64,000 bases of DNA from the NCBI GenBank assembly GCA_964451305.1, contig CAYVHV010000017.1, positions 2,977 through 66,976 of the forward strand, given 5' to 3'. The DNA is from an uncultured Acidimicrobiales bacterium (GTDB lineage Bacteria > Actinomycetota > Acidimicrobiia > Acidimicrobiales > SHLQ01). Within the stretch, counting starts at the first letter, position 1; the number at the start of each line of letters is the position of its first letter. The position numbers and the translations under genes are program-made. This document shows, in pieces, positions 44,541 to 54,035 of this stretch. Below the pieces are notes generated by a model that had not been told where the DNA came from, searched no databases, and saw only the letters and a program-made list of their open reading frames with translations.

Positions 44541-45344
44541 ATGGTCCACGAATACGACGTGAGCAATGCACAGGCCACGCACTTCCGGGACAACGGCTAC
44601 GTGCACCTCCCTGGGCTTCTAAGCGAACCCGAGGTCGCCGAACTCGAAAAGGTCTACGACCAATTTCTCCGCCGGGAGATCGACGTTCGGGGCAAAGACT
44701 TCTGCGATATGGCTGGCGACTACGGACGCCAACCCGAAGACTTCTCCATCATCAACGTGATGCTCCCCCGTCGCTATTACCCCGAGTGGCAAGGCAACAT
44801 CTACGAAAAACGAGCGGCCGATGTTTCGCGCCAGCTTTGTGGAGACGGCATGGCCATCGATTACGACCAACTCCTCGCCAAACAACCCAACCGTGACGAC
44901 GCGGTCTTCGCCTGGCACCAGGACATGGCGTACTGGCCTGACACTCCAGACACCCGCACCACGACCTTTTGGCTGGCCATCGATGACTCGACGGCAGAAA
45001 ATGGCTGCATGCGGTTCGTTCCGAAGACCATCGAAGAACCTTCGCTACGTCCGCACGTGCCCCAGTTCGGCGATCGGGGAGAATCTCATGCGCTCGGCAC
45101 GGATCTGCTCGATACCGACGAGGTCATCACCGTGCCAATCAAACGTGGCGACGTCACCGTGCACAACGAGAAGGTCATGCACGGTTCGGGTGGAAACACC
45201 ACAGATGGCTTCCGCCGAGCCTACGTCATTGCGTTTCGGCCAATCGAGACCATCGAGATTGAACGGGAGCTCGGTTTCACCCATAGCCACAACGATCACG
45301 ACGACGTTTTGGGTTCGGTCGGGGTCGAGGGTGAGACCCGCTAG
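44541..45344 (+). CDS. Phytanoyl-CoA dioxygenase (PhyH) family Fe(II)/2-oxoglutarate oxygenase
   Basis: FRDNGYVHLPGLLS, AWHQDMAYWP (HxD) and VHNEKVMHGSGGN (distal His). Confidence 0.85.
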   Translation: MVHEYDVSNAQATHFRDNGYVHLPGLLSEPEVAELEKVYDQFLRREIDVRGKDFCDMAGDYGRQPEDFSIINVMLPRRYYPEWQGNIYEKRAADVSRQLCGDGMAIDYDQLLAKQPNRDDAVFAWHQDMAYWPDTPDTRTTTFWLAIDDSTAENGCMRFVPKTIEEPSLRPHVPQFGDRGESHALGTDLLDTDEVITVPIKRGDVTVHNEKVMHGSGGNTTDGFRRAYVIAFRPIETIEIERELGFTHSHNDHDDVLGSVGVEGETR

Positions 45345-46438
45345 AAGAACCACTCGCTGACGGCAAAGATAAGGAAGCCGACGAGCCCTCCCACGAGCGT
45401 GCCGTTAATGCGAATGAACTGCAGATCGCATCCGACAGGGGGCTCGATTCGGTCGATCAGTTCGTCGGCGTCCCAACCCTGCACCGTGTCCGCGATCAGC
45501 TGGCCGATCTCGGCTCCACCAGCTTCGGCTACCGAGATCACCACCGACTCGATCCACGAGTCGACCTTTGCCTGAAGTTCGGCGTCGGCGAGCAGCTGGT
45601 CGGAGAGGACCTTGATCGCTGCGGCGAGCCGATCGTTGACCACCGACTCAGCGCCTTCAGCAACGCTGCCGATTCCATTTCGCACCGATAGCCAAAGGTC
45701 ACGAATCCAAGCCTCAAACTCGGGATGATCGAGAAGGTCCTGCTTGAGTTCTTCTGCTTGGGTGATGAGCCGATCGTTCGAACGCAGCCGGGCCGCCAAC
45801 GCACTCGATTGCTCGCCTCCACCATTGCCTGCGCCTCCATCGTCGAGCCCGACGAACGGGGCGACAATGTCCACAACGCGGCCCATGATCGGCACGATCG
45901 AGACCCGACGAAGCCGATCCCGAAGCAACGTGTCGGTCAGGCTGCTGACATCATCTTCCAACACCGTCATCACCGCACCCAGCGGAATCTCCAACTCCGC
46001 GACGACCTTGAGCGCATTCTCAGGCTCTCGAAGCCAAAGTCCGATTCGGCGGCTCACCTCAACGCTCTCGAGCTTCTGGGCCACCACCTCAGCGGTAAGA
46101 AAGTTGGATTGGACGAACTGGCCGAGCCCTTCACCGATCTCATCTTTTCGGGTCGGCACGATCGCGGTATGTGGGATCGGCAGACCGAGCGGGTGTTTAA
46201 ATAGTGCCGTGACGGCGAACCAGTCGGCAATGGCTCCCACCATCGCTGCTTCAGCGGTCGCCCGAACATATCCGAGGGCGGGAGTGTCCCCTTCAAAGAT
46301 CCGAGCGACGACGAACACGATCGCAGCTCCGACCAAGAGCGCTGTCGCAACCCGCTTCATCTGTTTGAGCTTGCGTCTCTGTTCGGCCTCAGCCGGTGTG
46401 TGTGCAAGTTCGATCTTCGGTGGTGTGTTTGTTTCCAC
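45341..46438 (-). CDS. DUF445-family membrane protein
   Basis: IADWFAVTALFKHPLGLPIPHTAIVPTRKDEIGEGLGQFVQ and a C-terminal LQFIRINGTLVGGLVGFLIF, a typical DUF445 layout. Confidence 0.75.
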   Translation of the reverse strand: METNTPPKIELAHTPAEAEQRRKLKQMKRVATALLVGAAIVFVVARIFEGDTPALGYVRATAEAAMVGAIADWFAVTALFKHPLGLPIPHTAIVPTRKDEIGEGLGQFVQSNFLTAEVVAQKLESVEVSRRIGLWLREPENALKVVAELEIPLGAVMTVLEDDVSSLTDTLLRDRLRRVSIVPIMGRVVDIVAPFVGLDDGGAGNGGGEQSSALAARLRSNDRLITQAEELKQDLLDHPEFEAWIRDLWLSVRNGIGSVAEGAESVVNDRLAAAIKVLSDQLLADAELQAKVDSWIESVVISVAEAGGAEIGQLIADTVQGWDADELIDRIEPPVGCDLQFIRINGTLVGGLVGFLIFAVSEWFF

Positions 46439-46521
46439 CGCCCGAACAGTAGTTGTGACGAAGGGCGGTCGCCCGGAACTACGCTAGTTCCGACTTCGAC
46501 GACCCAGATGAGAGCGGTGCT

Positions 46522-47403
46522 GTGCAGCTCGGCGTTTCCATTAGTTCAACCCACCACGAGAACGGCCCTCGATTCATGATCGAGCGTACCCGCACAGCTC
46601 ATAGCGCGGGCGTCAGTTCGCTGACGATCGGCGACCACCACAACATGGGTGTCCCATATGCACAGAACACCCCGATGCTCGGACGCATGCTCGCCGAATG
46701 GCCAGATCGGCCAGCGGGATGTTTGTTTCTCGTCCCGCTATGGCACCCGTTGTTTATGGCCGAACACATCGGCACGCTTGCCGCCATGCACGCTGGCGCC
46801 TTCATCGTGCAGACCGGCATTGGCTGGGGCGAGGACCAATTCGCTGCACTCGGTGCTGACCACTCGACGCGAGGCGCCAACATCGAGGCGGCGATTCCGG
46901 TTGTGAAGGCCCTCCTCGCGGGCGAACGGATCGATGCCCCCGAGTTCAATATGGTCGGTGCGAGGGTCGGCCTCCGACCAAACCCCGGACAGACGATCGA
47001 CTGGTGGATTGCTGGCGGCGTCGATGTGGCGATACGGCGTGCCGCCCGGATGGGGAACGCCTGGTACGCAACGGCGGGAGCCGGGGTCACGGCCACGCGC
47101 CCCGCAATGGAGCTCTATCGAAGTGTTGGCGGCCAGCGAGCCATCGTCAGACTCGATGGGCTCATCCTCGAAGACGGCGACGCCGCGCGCTCCATGGCCG
47201 CAGAGATCGTGGCCCGCGGCTACCGAGGCCAACGAATGGACCAGCTGGTGGTCGGCAGCCCCGACGACGCAGCAGAGAAGTTCGAGACCTACCGAGAAGC
47301 CGGGTTCGATGACATCATGTTCCGCTGTATGACCGCTCCTCAGGATGCTGCTCTCGAAACGCTCGAGCACCTCGGAGCGCTCAATCGCTCCATTACGGAC
47401 TGA
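46522..47403 (+). CDS. LLM-class flavin/F420-dependent oxidoreductase
   Basis: 293 aa. ...AHSAGVSSLTIGDHHN...GAFIVQTGIGWGEDQF... Confidence 0.75.
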   Translation: MQLGVSISSTHHENGPRFMIERTRTAHSAGVSSLTIGDHHNMGVPYAQNTPMLGRMLAEWPDRPAGCLFLVPLWHPLFMAEHIGTLAAMHAGAFIVQTGIGWGEDQFAALGADHSTRGANIEAAIPVVKALLAGERIDAPEFNMVGARVGLRPNPGQTIDWWIAGGVDVAIRRAARMGNAWYATAGAGVTATRPAMELYRSVGGQRAIVRLDGLILEDGDAARSMAAEIVARGYRGQRMDQLVVGSPDDAAEKFETYREAGFDDIMFRCMTAPQDAALETLEHLGALNRSITD

Positions 47404-47407
47404 GCAT

Positions 47408-47884
47408 TTACTGCCCGGAGCAGTCCTGGGGGCCAATCGGCGAGACCTCGTCGGAAGGCAGCTCGTTCGACCACGAACTCGACAAACCAACGGAGATAAT
47501 TCCGTCCTGTTCGACCCGGTCGAGCAAGCCCGTGCCCGTCTCGGGGTGCCAGTAGATCGCTGCGAGGTCGATGTCGGTGCACAGCACGGTGATGCGTTCA
47601 TAACCAGCGGCGATAAAGGCCGGGTCGAACGCTTCGAACACCTCTTGGGGCGTCGCTGAATCGACCGGAGTCCACTCGTGGATCACCGAACCCGCTTCGG
47701 ACCCGAACAGGCCAAAGCCCGGGTCCTCGACGATGATCTCGCCGAGGCGTTCGTATCCCTCAGGGGTCTCGATTGCTTCTGCGATGTCGACCGCGAGCGA
47801 TCGCCGGTCTGCATCCACCTCCCCGGCACATGCAGCGAGCACGAGAGCGAAAGCGAAGAACCAGAGATATCGGGGTGATCTCAT
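47408..47884 (-). CDS. Hypothetical lipoprotein
   Basis: MRSPRYLWFFAFALVLAACAG lipobox. 158 aa, no family recognised. Confidence 0.6.
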   Translation of the reverse strand: MRSPRYLWFFAFALVLAACAGEVDADRRSLAVDIAEAIETPEGYERLGEIIVEDPGFGLFGSEAGSVIHEWTPVDSATPQEVFEAFDPAFIAAGYERITVLCTDIDLAAIYWHPETGTGLLDRVEQDGIISVGLSSSWSNELPSDEVSPIGPQDCSGQ

Positions 47885-47966
47885 GCATAGAGTCTACGGG
47901 CACGGGTCGACTCTCCGGCCCGTGCCGGTACGCATCGGCGAGCTGACGCGTAGTACACATACAGAG

Positions 47967-49196
47967 ATGTTGGAGACTCTTCGGTCTGTTATTCAGTTGA
48001 GGTCGTTCGAGCGAGACCCAATCCAACGGCGCCTCTCGTCATGCGCCAACGTCGACGACTATCGACGAATCGCCAAGAGACGACTTCCAGCCGGAATATT
48101 CGATTACATCGATGGAGCTGCTGAAGACGAATCCGCCATGTCGCGAAACGCGTCTCGATTCACTGACCGAACTCTGGTGCCTCGGGTACTTCGCGACGTC
48201 AGTGCGGTCGACACGTCTACCGAGATTCTTGGAGCGTCGGCGTCGATGCCGTTGATCATCGCGCCGACGGGCTTTCCTCGAATTGCGCACCCTGACGGCG
48301 AGCTTGCGACCGCTCGTTCAGCGGCTCGCCACGACATTCCGTTCTCGCTCTCGACGATGGGAACTCGATCGATCGAGGAGGTCGCCTCGGTATGCCCTGG
48401 GCGAAAGTGGTTCCAGGTCTACGTCTGGCGCGATCGTGAACTGACCAAAGACATGCTCATCCGGGCGCGTGAGAACGGCTACGAGGCGCTCTTCATCACC
48501 GTCGATACCGCCGTGCTCGGTCGCCGCGAACGAGACGTTCGTCGGGGTATGGCGCTCCCTCCGAAACTCGGGCTCGATACGTTCATCGATGGAGTAAAGC
48601 GACCGGCCTGGGTGCTCGACTTCCTTCGGAGCGATCCAATCGTATTCTCGAATGTCGCCGTGTCGACTCGACGACTCGGGCATAACACCGAAGATGGCTC
48701 GTCGGCGGTCTCGCTCGCAGGCTTCATCAACAGCCAGTTCGACCCGAAGCTTTCATGGGACGATGTCGCATGGATCCGCGAACAGTGGGACGGCCCGATC
48801 ATTCTGAAGGGAATTCAGTCGGTCGCTGATGCAAAGATCGCTGTCTCCGAAGAGGTCGACGCAATTGCGCTCTCGAACCACGGCGGACGACAACTCGACG
48901 CTGCGCCGGCCATCATCGATCTGGTCGCGCCGGTAGCCGACGCGGTCTCCGGCGAGATCGAGATCTACTGCGACGGCGGCGTACGGCGGGGTTCCGACAT
49001 CGTCAAAGCTGTCGCTCTCGGCGCTGACGCGTGCATGATCGGCCGGCCTCACCTGTATGCCCTCGCAGCGGGGGGAGAGTCGGGCGTTGATCACTTGCTC
49101 GACTTCTTTCGCGACGGCATCGAACAGACCATGGCCCTCACCGGGGTGAACGCCATCGACGATATCGACCGAAGCCTTGTCGCTGACGAACGGTAA
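47967..49196 (+). CDS. FMN-dependent alpha-hydroxy-acid dehydrogenase/oxidase (L-lactate dehydrogenase-like)
   Basis: NVDDYRRIAKRRLPAGIFDYIDGAAEDE, ALSNHGGRQLD, GGVRRGSDIVKAVALGA. Start at Met79 of ORF 47733..49196; the upstream part overlaps the divergent lipoprotein gene. Confidence 0.88.
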   Translation: MLETLRSVIQLRSFERDPIQRRLSSCANVDDYRRIAKRRLPAGIFDYIDGAAEDESAMSRNASRFTDRTLVPRVLRDVSAVDTSTEILGASASMPLIIAPTGFPRIAHPDGELATARSAARHDIPFSLSTMGTRSIEEVASVCPGRKWFQVYVWRDRELTKDMLIRARENGYEALFITVDTAVLGRRERDVRRGMALPPKLGLDTFIDGVKRPAWVLDFLRSDPIVFSNVAVSTRRLGHNTEDGSSAVSLAGFINSQFDPKLSWDDVAWIREQWDGPIILKGIQSVADAKIAVSEEVDAIALSNHGGRQLDAAPAIIDLVAPVADAVSGEIEIYCDGGVRRGSDIVKAVALGADACMIGRPHLYALAAGGESGVDHLLDFFRDGIEQTMALTGVNAIDDIDRSLVADER

Positions 49197-49207
49197 GGCG
49201 AGCCACG

Positions 49208-50143
49208 GTGAACGAACCGAACGAGCACCGAACCGTCGTCCACGGACCACTCGGAACGGTCGTCGATCTCCGAGTCCGCGAGGCGAATAGCAAAGGTGAA
49301 CAGGTCAAATCGTGGGTCCTTCACGAACTCGCGCGGCTCGAATCGATCTTTAGCGTGTACGACGCGACTAGCGAACTCTGTCGTTGGCGGCGCGGCGAAG
49401 CGGTCGAAGCGTCACCGGAGTTCTGCGATCTGATGGAGCTCGTTCTGCATTGGCAGGAACGAACGAACGGTCTTTTTAACCCGTGCCTCGAAGCCTTGAC
49501 GCACGCGTGGCGCGAAGCCGAACACACCGGTGTCCCACCAGATGCCTGCCGACTCGCCACGATCGCCGCCGAGATCCAATCACCACGGTTCCAGTTCGTA
49601 CATGGCACTCCAACGCCCATTGCAGACTGCTCAACACTCAGCCTCAACGCGATCGCGAAGGGTTTCATCGTCGACCAGACGGCCGAGGCAGCAACCCAGA
49701 GGTTCCACCTCGGTTCGATCACCCTCAATATCGGTGGCGATATTCGCCACATCGGAACAAACCACGTCCGTATCGGGGTCGAGAATCCCCATCGCCCCTA
49801 CGACAACGAACCAGCGTTGACGACGATTGAACTCAGCGATGGCGCATTCGCCACGAGTGGCTCCGCACGACGTGGGTTCACGATCGATGAGCGGCGATAT
49901 AGCCATGTGCTCGATCCCCGGACCGGTCAACCCGCTGTTGGAATTGCAAGTGTGTCGGTGATCGCCCCGCTCGCCACAACCGCCGATGTCCTCGCCACCG
50001 CAGCGGCGGTCCTCGGACCGCACGACGCGATCTCTTGGCTCGCCGACATCGACGACGTCTACGGGTTCGTCGTCAGCAGCGATGGCGACCGCTTCGCAAC
50101 CCCGAGTTGGATCGACCGCTTTGGCTCGATCACGCCAGCGTGA
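49208..50143 (+). CDS. apbE: FAD:protein FMN transferase (flavinyltransferase)
   Basis: LSLNAIAKGFIVDQ, ITLNIGGDIRHIG, FATSGSARRGFTIDERRYSHVLDPRTGQP, ATTADVLATAAAVLG. GTG start. Confidence 0.85.
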   Translation: MNEPNEHRTVVHGPLGTVVDLRVREANSKGEQVKSWVLHELARLESIFSVYDATSELCRWRRGEAVEASPEFCDLMELVLHWQERTNGLFNPCLEALTHAWREAEHTGVPPDACRLATIAAEIQSPRFQFVHGTPTPIADCSTLSLNAIAKGFIVDQTAEAATQRFHLGSITLNIGGDIRHIGTNHVRIGVENPHRPYDNEPALTTIELSDGAFATSGSARRGFTIDERRYSHVLDPRTGQPAVGIASVSVIAPLATTADVLATAAAVLGPHDAISWLADIDDVYGFVVSSDGDRFATPSWIDRFGSITPA

Positions 50144-50780
50144 TCGCCACGAGCACCCCAACGACCAGCACGCCAGCTCCCGCAGTGAGAAGAGCGGATC
50201 GGCGACGTTTGCGCATGAGCAGCTGCATGGTGAGTCCGGTGATGGACAGCGTGACGAGGAATCCAGCCGTCACGTCGATCACCCAACTCCACAAGCCACC
50301 GGTGTCTTCGCCTCGGTGCAGGTCACGGAACACCGCTACCCAGCCCTCCTGAGACACGGTGAGGTCGTATGCCCCGTCCTCGACATCGAAGAGGAGATCG
50401 GCAGAAAAGCCAGCATTGCGATACGCGATCGTCCCCTCGCCGTTGCTTTCGTCGAAGCTGTCGACCTGGCCGGTGACCCCATATTCTGCTCGCACGAACT
50501 CTGAGATCGACAAGAACTGGACAACCCCATCGACATTGGTGACCTCGAACGGGAACTCGCCCTCGAACGTCTCGACCGATACTTCTTCGCCAAAGGTCCA
50601 TTCCGGGTGGTTCAGCGCAATCCCGGTCAGGCCAAAGAACATCACGATGATCAGCGTGATCATGCTCGCGTAGACGTGGATCTTGCGTGCCCACACCTGA
50701 GCGTTCTTCTTCATCGGCGAGGGTGCAGGTGACGACGGCATTGGAGTCGACGGCGCAGGCGATTCGGAAATGGCTGTCAT
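50130..50780 (-). CDS. PepSY-associated-TM-helix / PepSY-like membrane protein
   Basis: KNAQVWARKIHVYASMITLIIVMFFGLTGIALNHPEW ... FRDLHRGEDTGGLWSWVIDVTAGFLVTLSITGLTM. Start at Met103 of ORF 50130..51086. Confidence 0.7.
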   Translation of the reverse strand: MTAISESPAPSTPMPSSPAPSPMKKNAQVWARKIHVYASMITLIIVMFFGLTGIALNHPEWTFGEEVSVETFEGEFPFEVTNVDGVVQFLSISEFVRAEYGVTGQVDSFDESNGEGTIAYRNAGFSADLLFDVEDGAYDLTVSQEGWVAVFRDLHRGEDTGGLWSWVIDVTAGFLVTLSITGLTMQLLMRKRRRSALLTAGAGVLVVGVLVAITLA

Positions 50781-50814
50781 AGGGCCTCGGGTTCGCTGGT
50801 ATTGATCTAGCCGG

Positions 50815-51519
50815 TCAGATGATGAACTCGGCAGATGCAGAAACGATCTCGCTGTTCGCATCGATGGCGGTAACGAACGGGGTCTCCCCAATGGTAATTG
50901 GAGAACTGGTGATGCTGTAGGTGCCGCCGCGTCGCACACTTTCGATGAAAAGCACATAGTCGCCTTGAGACACGGGCGCTCCGGCCATATCGAGCCCATT
51001 CCAGACGACCTGGTGCTCGCCTGCGACACGCGTGGCGCTCGAGATGGTGTCGTCACCAGTCGCCGACCACCGACGCAACCGTGCAAACCAGCGTTCGGTC
51101 CGAGGGTCCGTCATGTCCTGCTGGATCCACAGGCTGATCAACGCCACGAGGTTGCCGAACGGATCCTCAACCCACGTCGCCATGTACGGGTTCTCCTGGC
51201 GATCCGGCGAACCGAATTCATAGGTGAATGCAATCGCGAGCTCAGCTCCCGGTGGGAAGGTGCCCCCGGTGACGTCGCCCGCTGTTGATTCGCGCAGTGT
51301 GGCATCGTCGGCAGGATCCGCGATGTCTGGTGCTGAAGTCGATGTCGAAGTCGAAGAGCCAACGTTCGCGAAAACCTGAGCATCGTTGTTGCCACACGCG
51401 GTGACGACAGCTGCAGCGCCTAGCCCGGCTGTCTTGGCAAGAAACGACCGACGCGAGACGGAGATAAGTCGAGGTTCCGCGGGTGCAGACTCGGCTGGGG
51501 GGTTTGAGAGGCTTTTCAT
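50815..51519 (-). CDS. DUF2271-like exported (Tat signal plus lipobox) protein with an ApbE-type flavinylation motif
   Basis: SRRSFLAKTAGLGAAAVVTAC (twin-Arg plus lipobox). PYMATWVEDPFGNLV... (DUF2271-like). DTISSAT at nt 51031-51051 fits Dxx[ST][GS]A[ST]. Confidence 0.72.
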   Translation of the reverse strand: MKSLSNPPAESAPAEPRLISVSRRSFLAKTAGLGAAAVVTACGNNDAQVFANVGSSTSTSTSAPDIADPADDATLRESTAGDVTGGTFPPGAELAIAFTYEFGSPDRQENPYMATWVEDPFGNLVALISLWIQQDMTDPRTERWFARLRRWSATGDDTISSATRVAGEHQVVWNGLDMAGAPVSQGDYVLFIESVRRGGTYSITSSPITIGETPFVTAIDANSEIVSASAEFII

Positions 51520-51642
51520 ACGATCCTGAAGGGGCTACTCGGCAACAACACCAATGTTGCGATCACAGGTTGAGAGTTTCCTGAAGATGGCCCAACAAAT
51601 GTGCTGAAATCCACTCCGCGCCCAACACTCAATGCTCAGCAC

Positions 51643-52407
51643 TCAATACAGCGGTGTAGGGCTCGATCCCACTCGAGCATTTCCGAGATCTGCGGTGTTT
51701 CCGGCATCGTTGCCCGCAGCAATGCCGGCGTAGTTCGAGACCGATGTCTTCAACCGATTGAGGTTGGTGAACTTCTCTTCGACGGCTTCATCGACCGATG
51801 CTCTCCGCGATGCCAAAACCGGCAGCACCGAATCAGGCCCGGACTCTTCGGTTGCGGCATCGGCAGCGGAGCTACGAGCCTGTTCCAACCGGCTGCTGAC
51901 CGTCCACGCAAAGCCATTTAGGAACGAACGCCGGAACGACTTCGTACGGTTGCGGCCACGCCCGTCGACCTGCGCTCCGTGGGAAAGCATGATGTTGACC
52001 GCTTGGAGCAGCAGCGATGTGAAGAGCAGCTCCACCGAGTCGAGATCGGAGTCGTAGCCAACGATCGTTGCGTAGTTACCATCTCGCGAGAACATCTCGC
52101 CGGATCGAACCATGTCTCGAAACTGCACGTCGTCGAGACCGTAGATCGCCCGACAGCCATTGGCTTGAGCTACTCCCCCGAGAAGCATGTACTTCTCTTT
52201 TGGATATGGCGCTGCAATGAAGATGATTCGGGTCGAAACGGCGCCCCGACCGGTCTTTTCTTCGATGAGTGCGAGGTCGATTGCGTGCGCTGCGATCAGC
52301 TCTTGTGCCTTTGCGGTGAGCGCAGACGCTTCGTCGGGGTAGGTGGTCGACTCGGCCTTTGCCAGTAGGGCACGGATGGTCTGGAGAATTCGGTCAGATG
52401 ATGCCAT
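51643..52407 (-). CDS. DUF2786-domain protein
   Basis: The N-terminus ILQTIRALLAKAESTTYPDEASALTAKAQELIAAHAIDLA is the characteristic DUF2786 helix pair. Confidence 0.7.
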   Translation of the reverse strand: MASSDRILQTIRALLAKAESTTYPDEASALTAKAQELIAAHAIDLALIEEKTGRGAVSTRIIFIAAPYPKEKYMLLGGVAQANGCRAIYGLDDVQFRDMVRSGEMFSRDGNYATIVGYDSDLDSVELLFTSLLLQAVNIMLSHGAQVDGRGRNRTKSFRRSFLNGFAWTVSSRLEQARSSAADAATEESGPDSVLPVLASRRASVDEAVEEKFTNLNRLKTSVSNYAGIAAGNDAGNTADLGNARVGSSPTPLY

Positions 52408-52496
52408 GGGGTAACTCTCGCGTCCGGGTGTGACAACGCCCGTTGCCTCACCCTTGGCATTATCCGCCGGGAGCCTCGTCGGCTCGCGGACCTCGC

Positions 52497-53522
52497 TCAG
52501 GATTCGAAGCCGCGAAGGATCGACGCCACGTTTTTGCCGACCTCATCCACGGCATATCCACCTTCGAACACCAAGACCGTCGGCAACGTGGCACCCTCGA
52601 TGCGCTGACCGATCTCCTCAAAGTCGCCGGACCGGAGCGTGAACTTGCTGATCGGGTCTTTCTCGAACGTGTCGACCCCTACGGAGATGACCAACGCTTC
52701 ACTGTCAATCTCCGTAGCCTTGTCGAGGCACCGGTCGAGCGCGGCGGCCCACGGTTCCCACGAGGTCCCATGCGGGAGCGGCTCGTTGTGGTTGTACCCA
52801 ACGCCTCGGCCAGCGCCGGTCTCATCTGCGTGACCAAGGAAGTATGGGAACTCCACCACGGGGTCCGCATGGACCGACAGATACGCGACGTCGTCTCGCT
52901 CATAGAAGATGTCTTGGGTGCCGTTGCCGTGGTGGTAATCGATGTCGATGATGCTGACCCGGCCCGTGCCACCATCGATGAGTTGCTGCGCGGCGATCGC
53001 TGCATTGTTGAGATAGCAGTAACCACCGAACTGGTCGGCCGACGCGTGATGACCGGGCGGACGACAGAGCGCAAAGGCTGCCCGCTCGCCACGCTGCACC
53101 GCAGAGGTTGCCGATTGCGCGAGCGCTGCTCCGCCCCGCACCGCCGACCACGTACCCGAGGTGATGGAACAATCTGCGGCGAACGAGTACCAGCCGAGCT
53201 TGCCATGGATCGACTCCGGGGGATGCGATTCGCCCATCCGACGCACGGGCCAACAAAAGCCCATCGCTGCATCGCCAGTCCCACCGGCTGCGACCCATTC
53301 GTCCCACGCCGTTTGGAGAAAATCGAGGTATCCCGCATCGTGGACGCTTCCAATGATGTTCATGTCGAGGGGCTGCACATCACCAAAGGTGTGCCCGGCA
53401 TCGATGAGTGCCGCTCGGACCACGTCCGCGCGCTCTGGCCGTTCCCACGACGGAATCAACGTGACCCCGTCGAGCTCGAGTGCGTGGTGTTGACGGTGAT
53501 CATCACTTGCGAATACGTACAT
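52497..53522 (-). CDS. Histone-deacetylase-family amidohydrolase (acetylpolyamine/acetoin-utilization type)
   Basis: CRPPGHHA, IIDIDYHHGNGTQDIF, VFEGGY. Confidence 0.88.
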   Translation of the reverse strand: MYVFASDDHRQHHALELDGVTLIPSWERPERADVVRAALIDAGHTFGDVQPLDMNIIGSVHDAGYLDFLQTAWDEWVAAGGTGDAAMGFCWPVRRMGESHPPESIHGKLGWYSFAADCSITSGTWSAVRGGAALAQSATSAVQRGERAAFALCRPPGHHASADQFGGYCYLNNAAIAAQQLIDGGTGRVSIIDIDYHHGNGTQDIFYERDDVAYLSVHADPVVEFPYFLGHADETGAGRGVGYNHNEPLPHGTSWEPWAAALDRCLDKATEIDSEALVISVGVDTFEKDPISKFTLRSGDFEEIGQRIEGATLPTVLVFEGGYAVDEVGKNVASILRGFES

Positions 53523-53549
53523 ACTGGGAGACTAGGAAAGAGAGCCCAC

Positions 53550-54035
53550 ATGCCCAGCATTGACGACGTAAAGCACTACCTGTCCACCGACACCGGCCTC
53601 GCCGTGATCAGCACAACCCAGGCCGATGGACGAGTGCTGTCAAGCCTCGTCAACTTTGGGGTCATCGATCATCCGGTTACCGGTGAACCTCGGGTGGCGA
53701 TGGTTTCGGGCGGAAGCGCAGCGCGGCTCGGCCACGTCCGTCGAGGCTCAGAGGTCACCGTGGCGGTGACCCGTGGCTGGAACTGGGTTGGGGTAACCGG
53801 TCCAGCCGAGCTCATCGGCCCCGCCGACGACGGTCCGCTCGACGCCGACGCGATCCGCCTGCTCCTTCGAGAGATCTACACCGCAGCCGGCGGCGCCCAT
53901 GACGACTTCGACGAGTTCGACCGCGAGATGGTCAAAGACGGCCGCACCGCCGTGCTGGTCGAACCATCTCGGATCATCGGCAACTCCCCGCAGGCTGACC
54001 TACCACGTATCGACGAATCTGCGTCTCTCATGTGA
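53550..54035 (+). CDS. PPOX-class (pyridoxamine-5'-phosphate-oxidase fold) probable F420-dependent enzyme
   Basis: 161 aa. DDVKHYLSTDTGLAVISTTQADGRVLSSLVNFGVI...VTVAVTRGWNWVGVTGPAELI. Only the 3' third of ORF 52443..54035 is used. Confidence 0.72.
   Translation: MPSIDDVKHYLSTDTGLAVISTTQADGRVLSSLVNFGVIDHPVTGEPRVAMVSGGSAARLGHVRRGSEVTVAVTRGWNWVGVTGPAELIGPADDGPLDADAIRLLLREIYTAAGGAHDDFDEFDREMVKDGRTAVLVEPSRIIGNSPQADLPRIDESASLM

Noticed and set aside
52443-53549. The first two thirds of the 530-aa plus-strand ORF 52443..54035
   Set aside because: It overlaps the HDAC-family gene on the opposite strand (PPGHHA and DIDYHHGNG motifs) and is Arg-rich. Only the part from the ATG at 53550, which follows a GGAAAGAGAG purine-rich tract, looks like a PPOX-fold protein.
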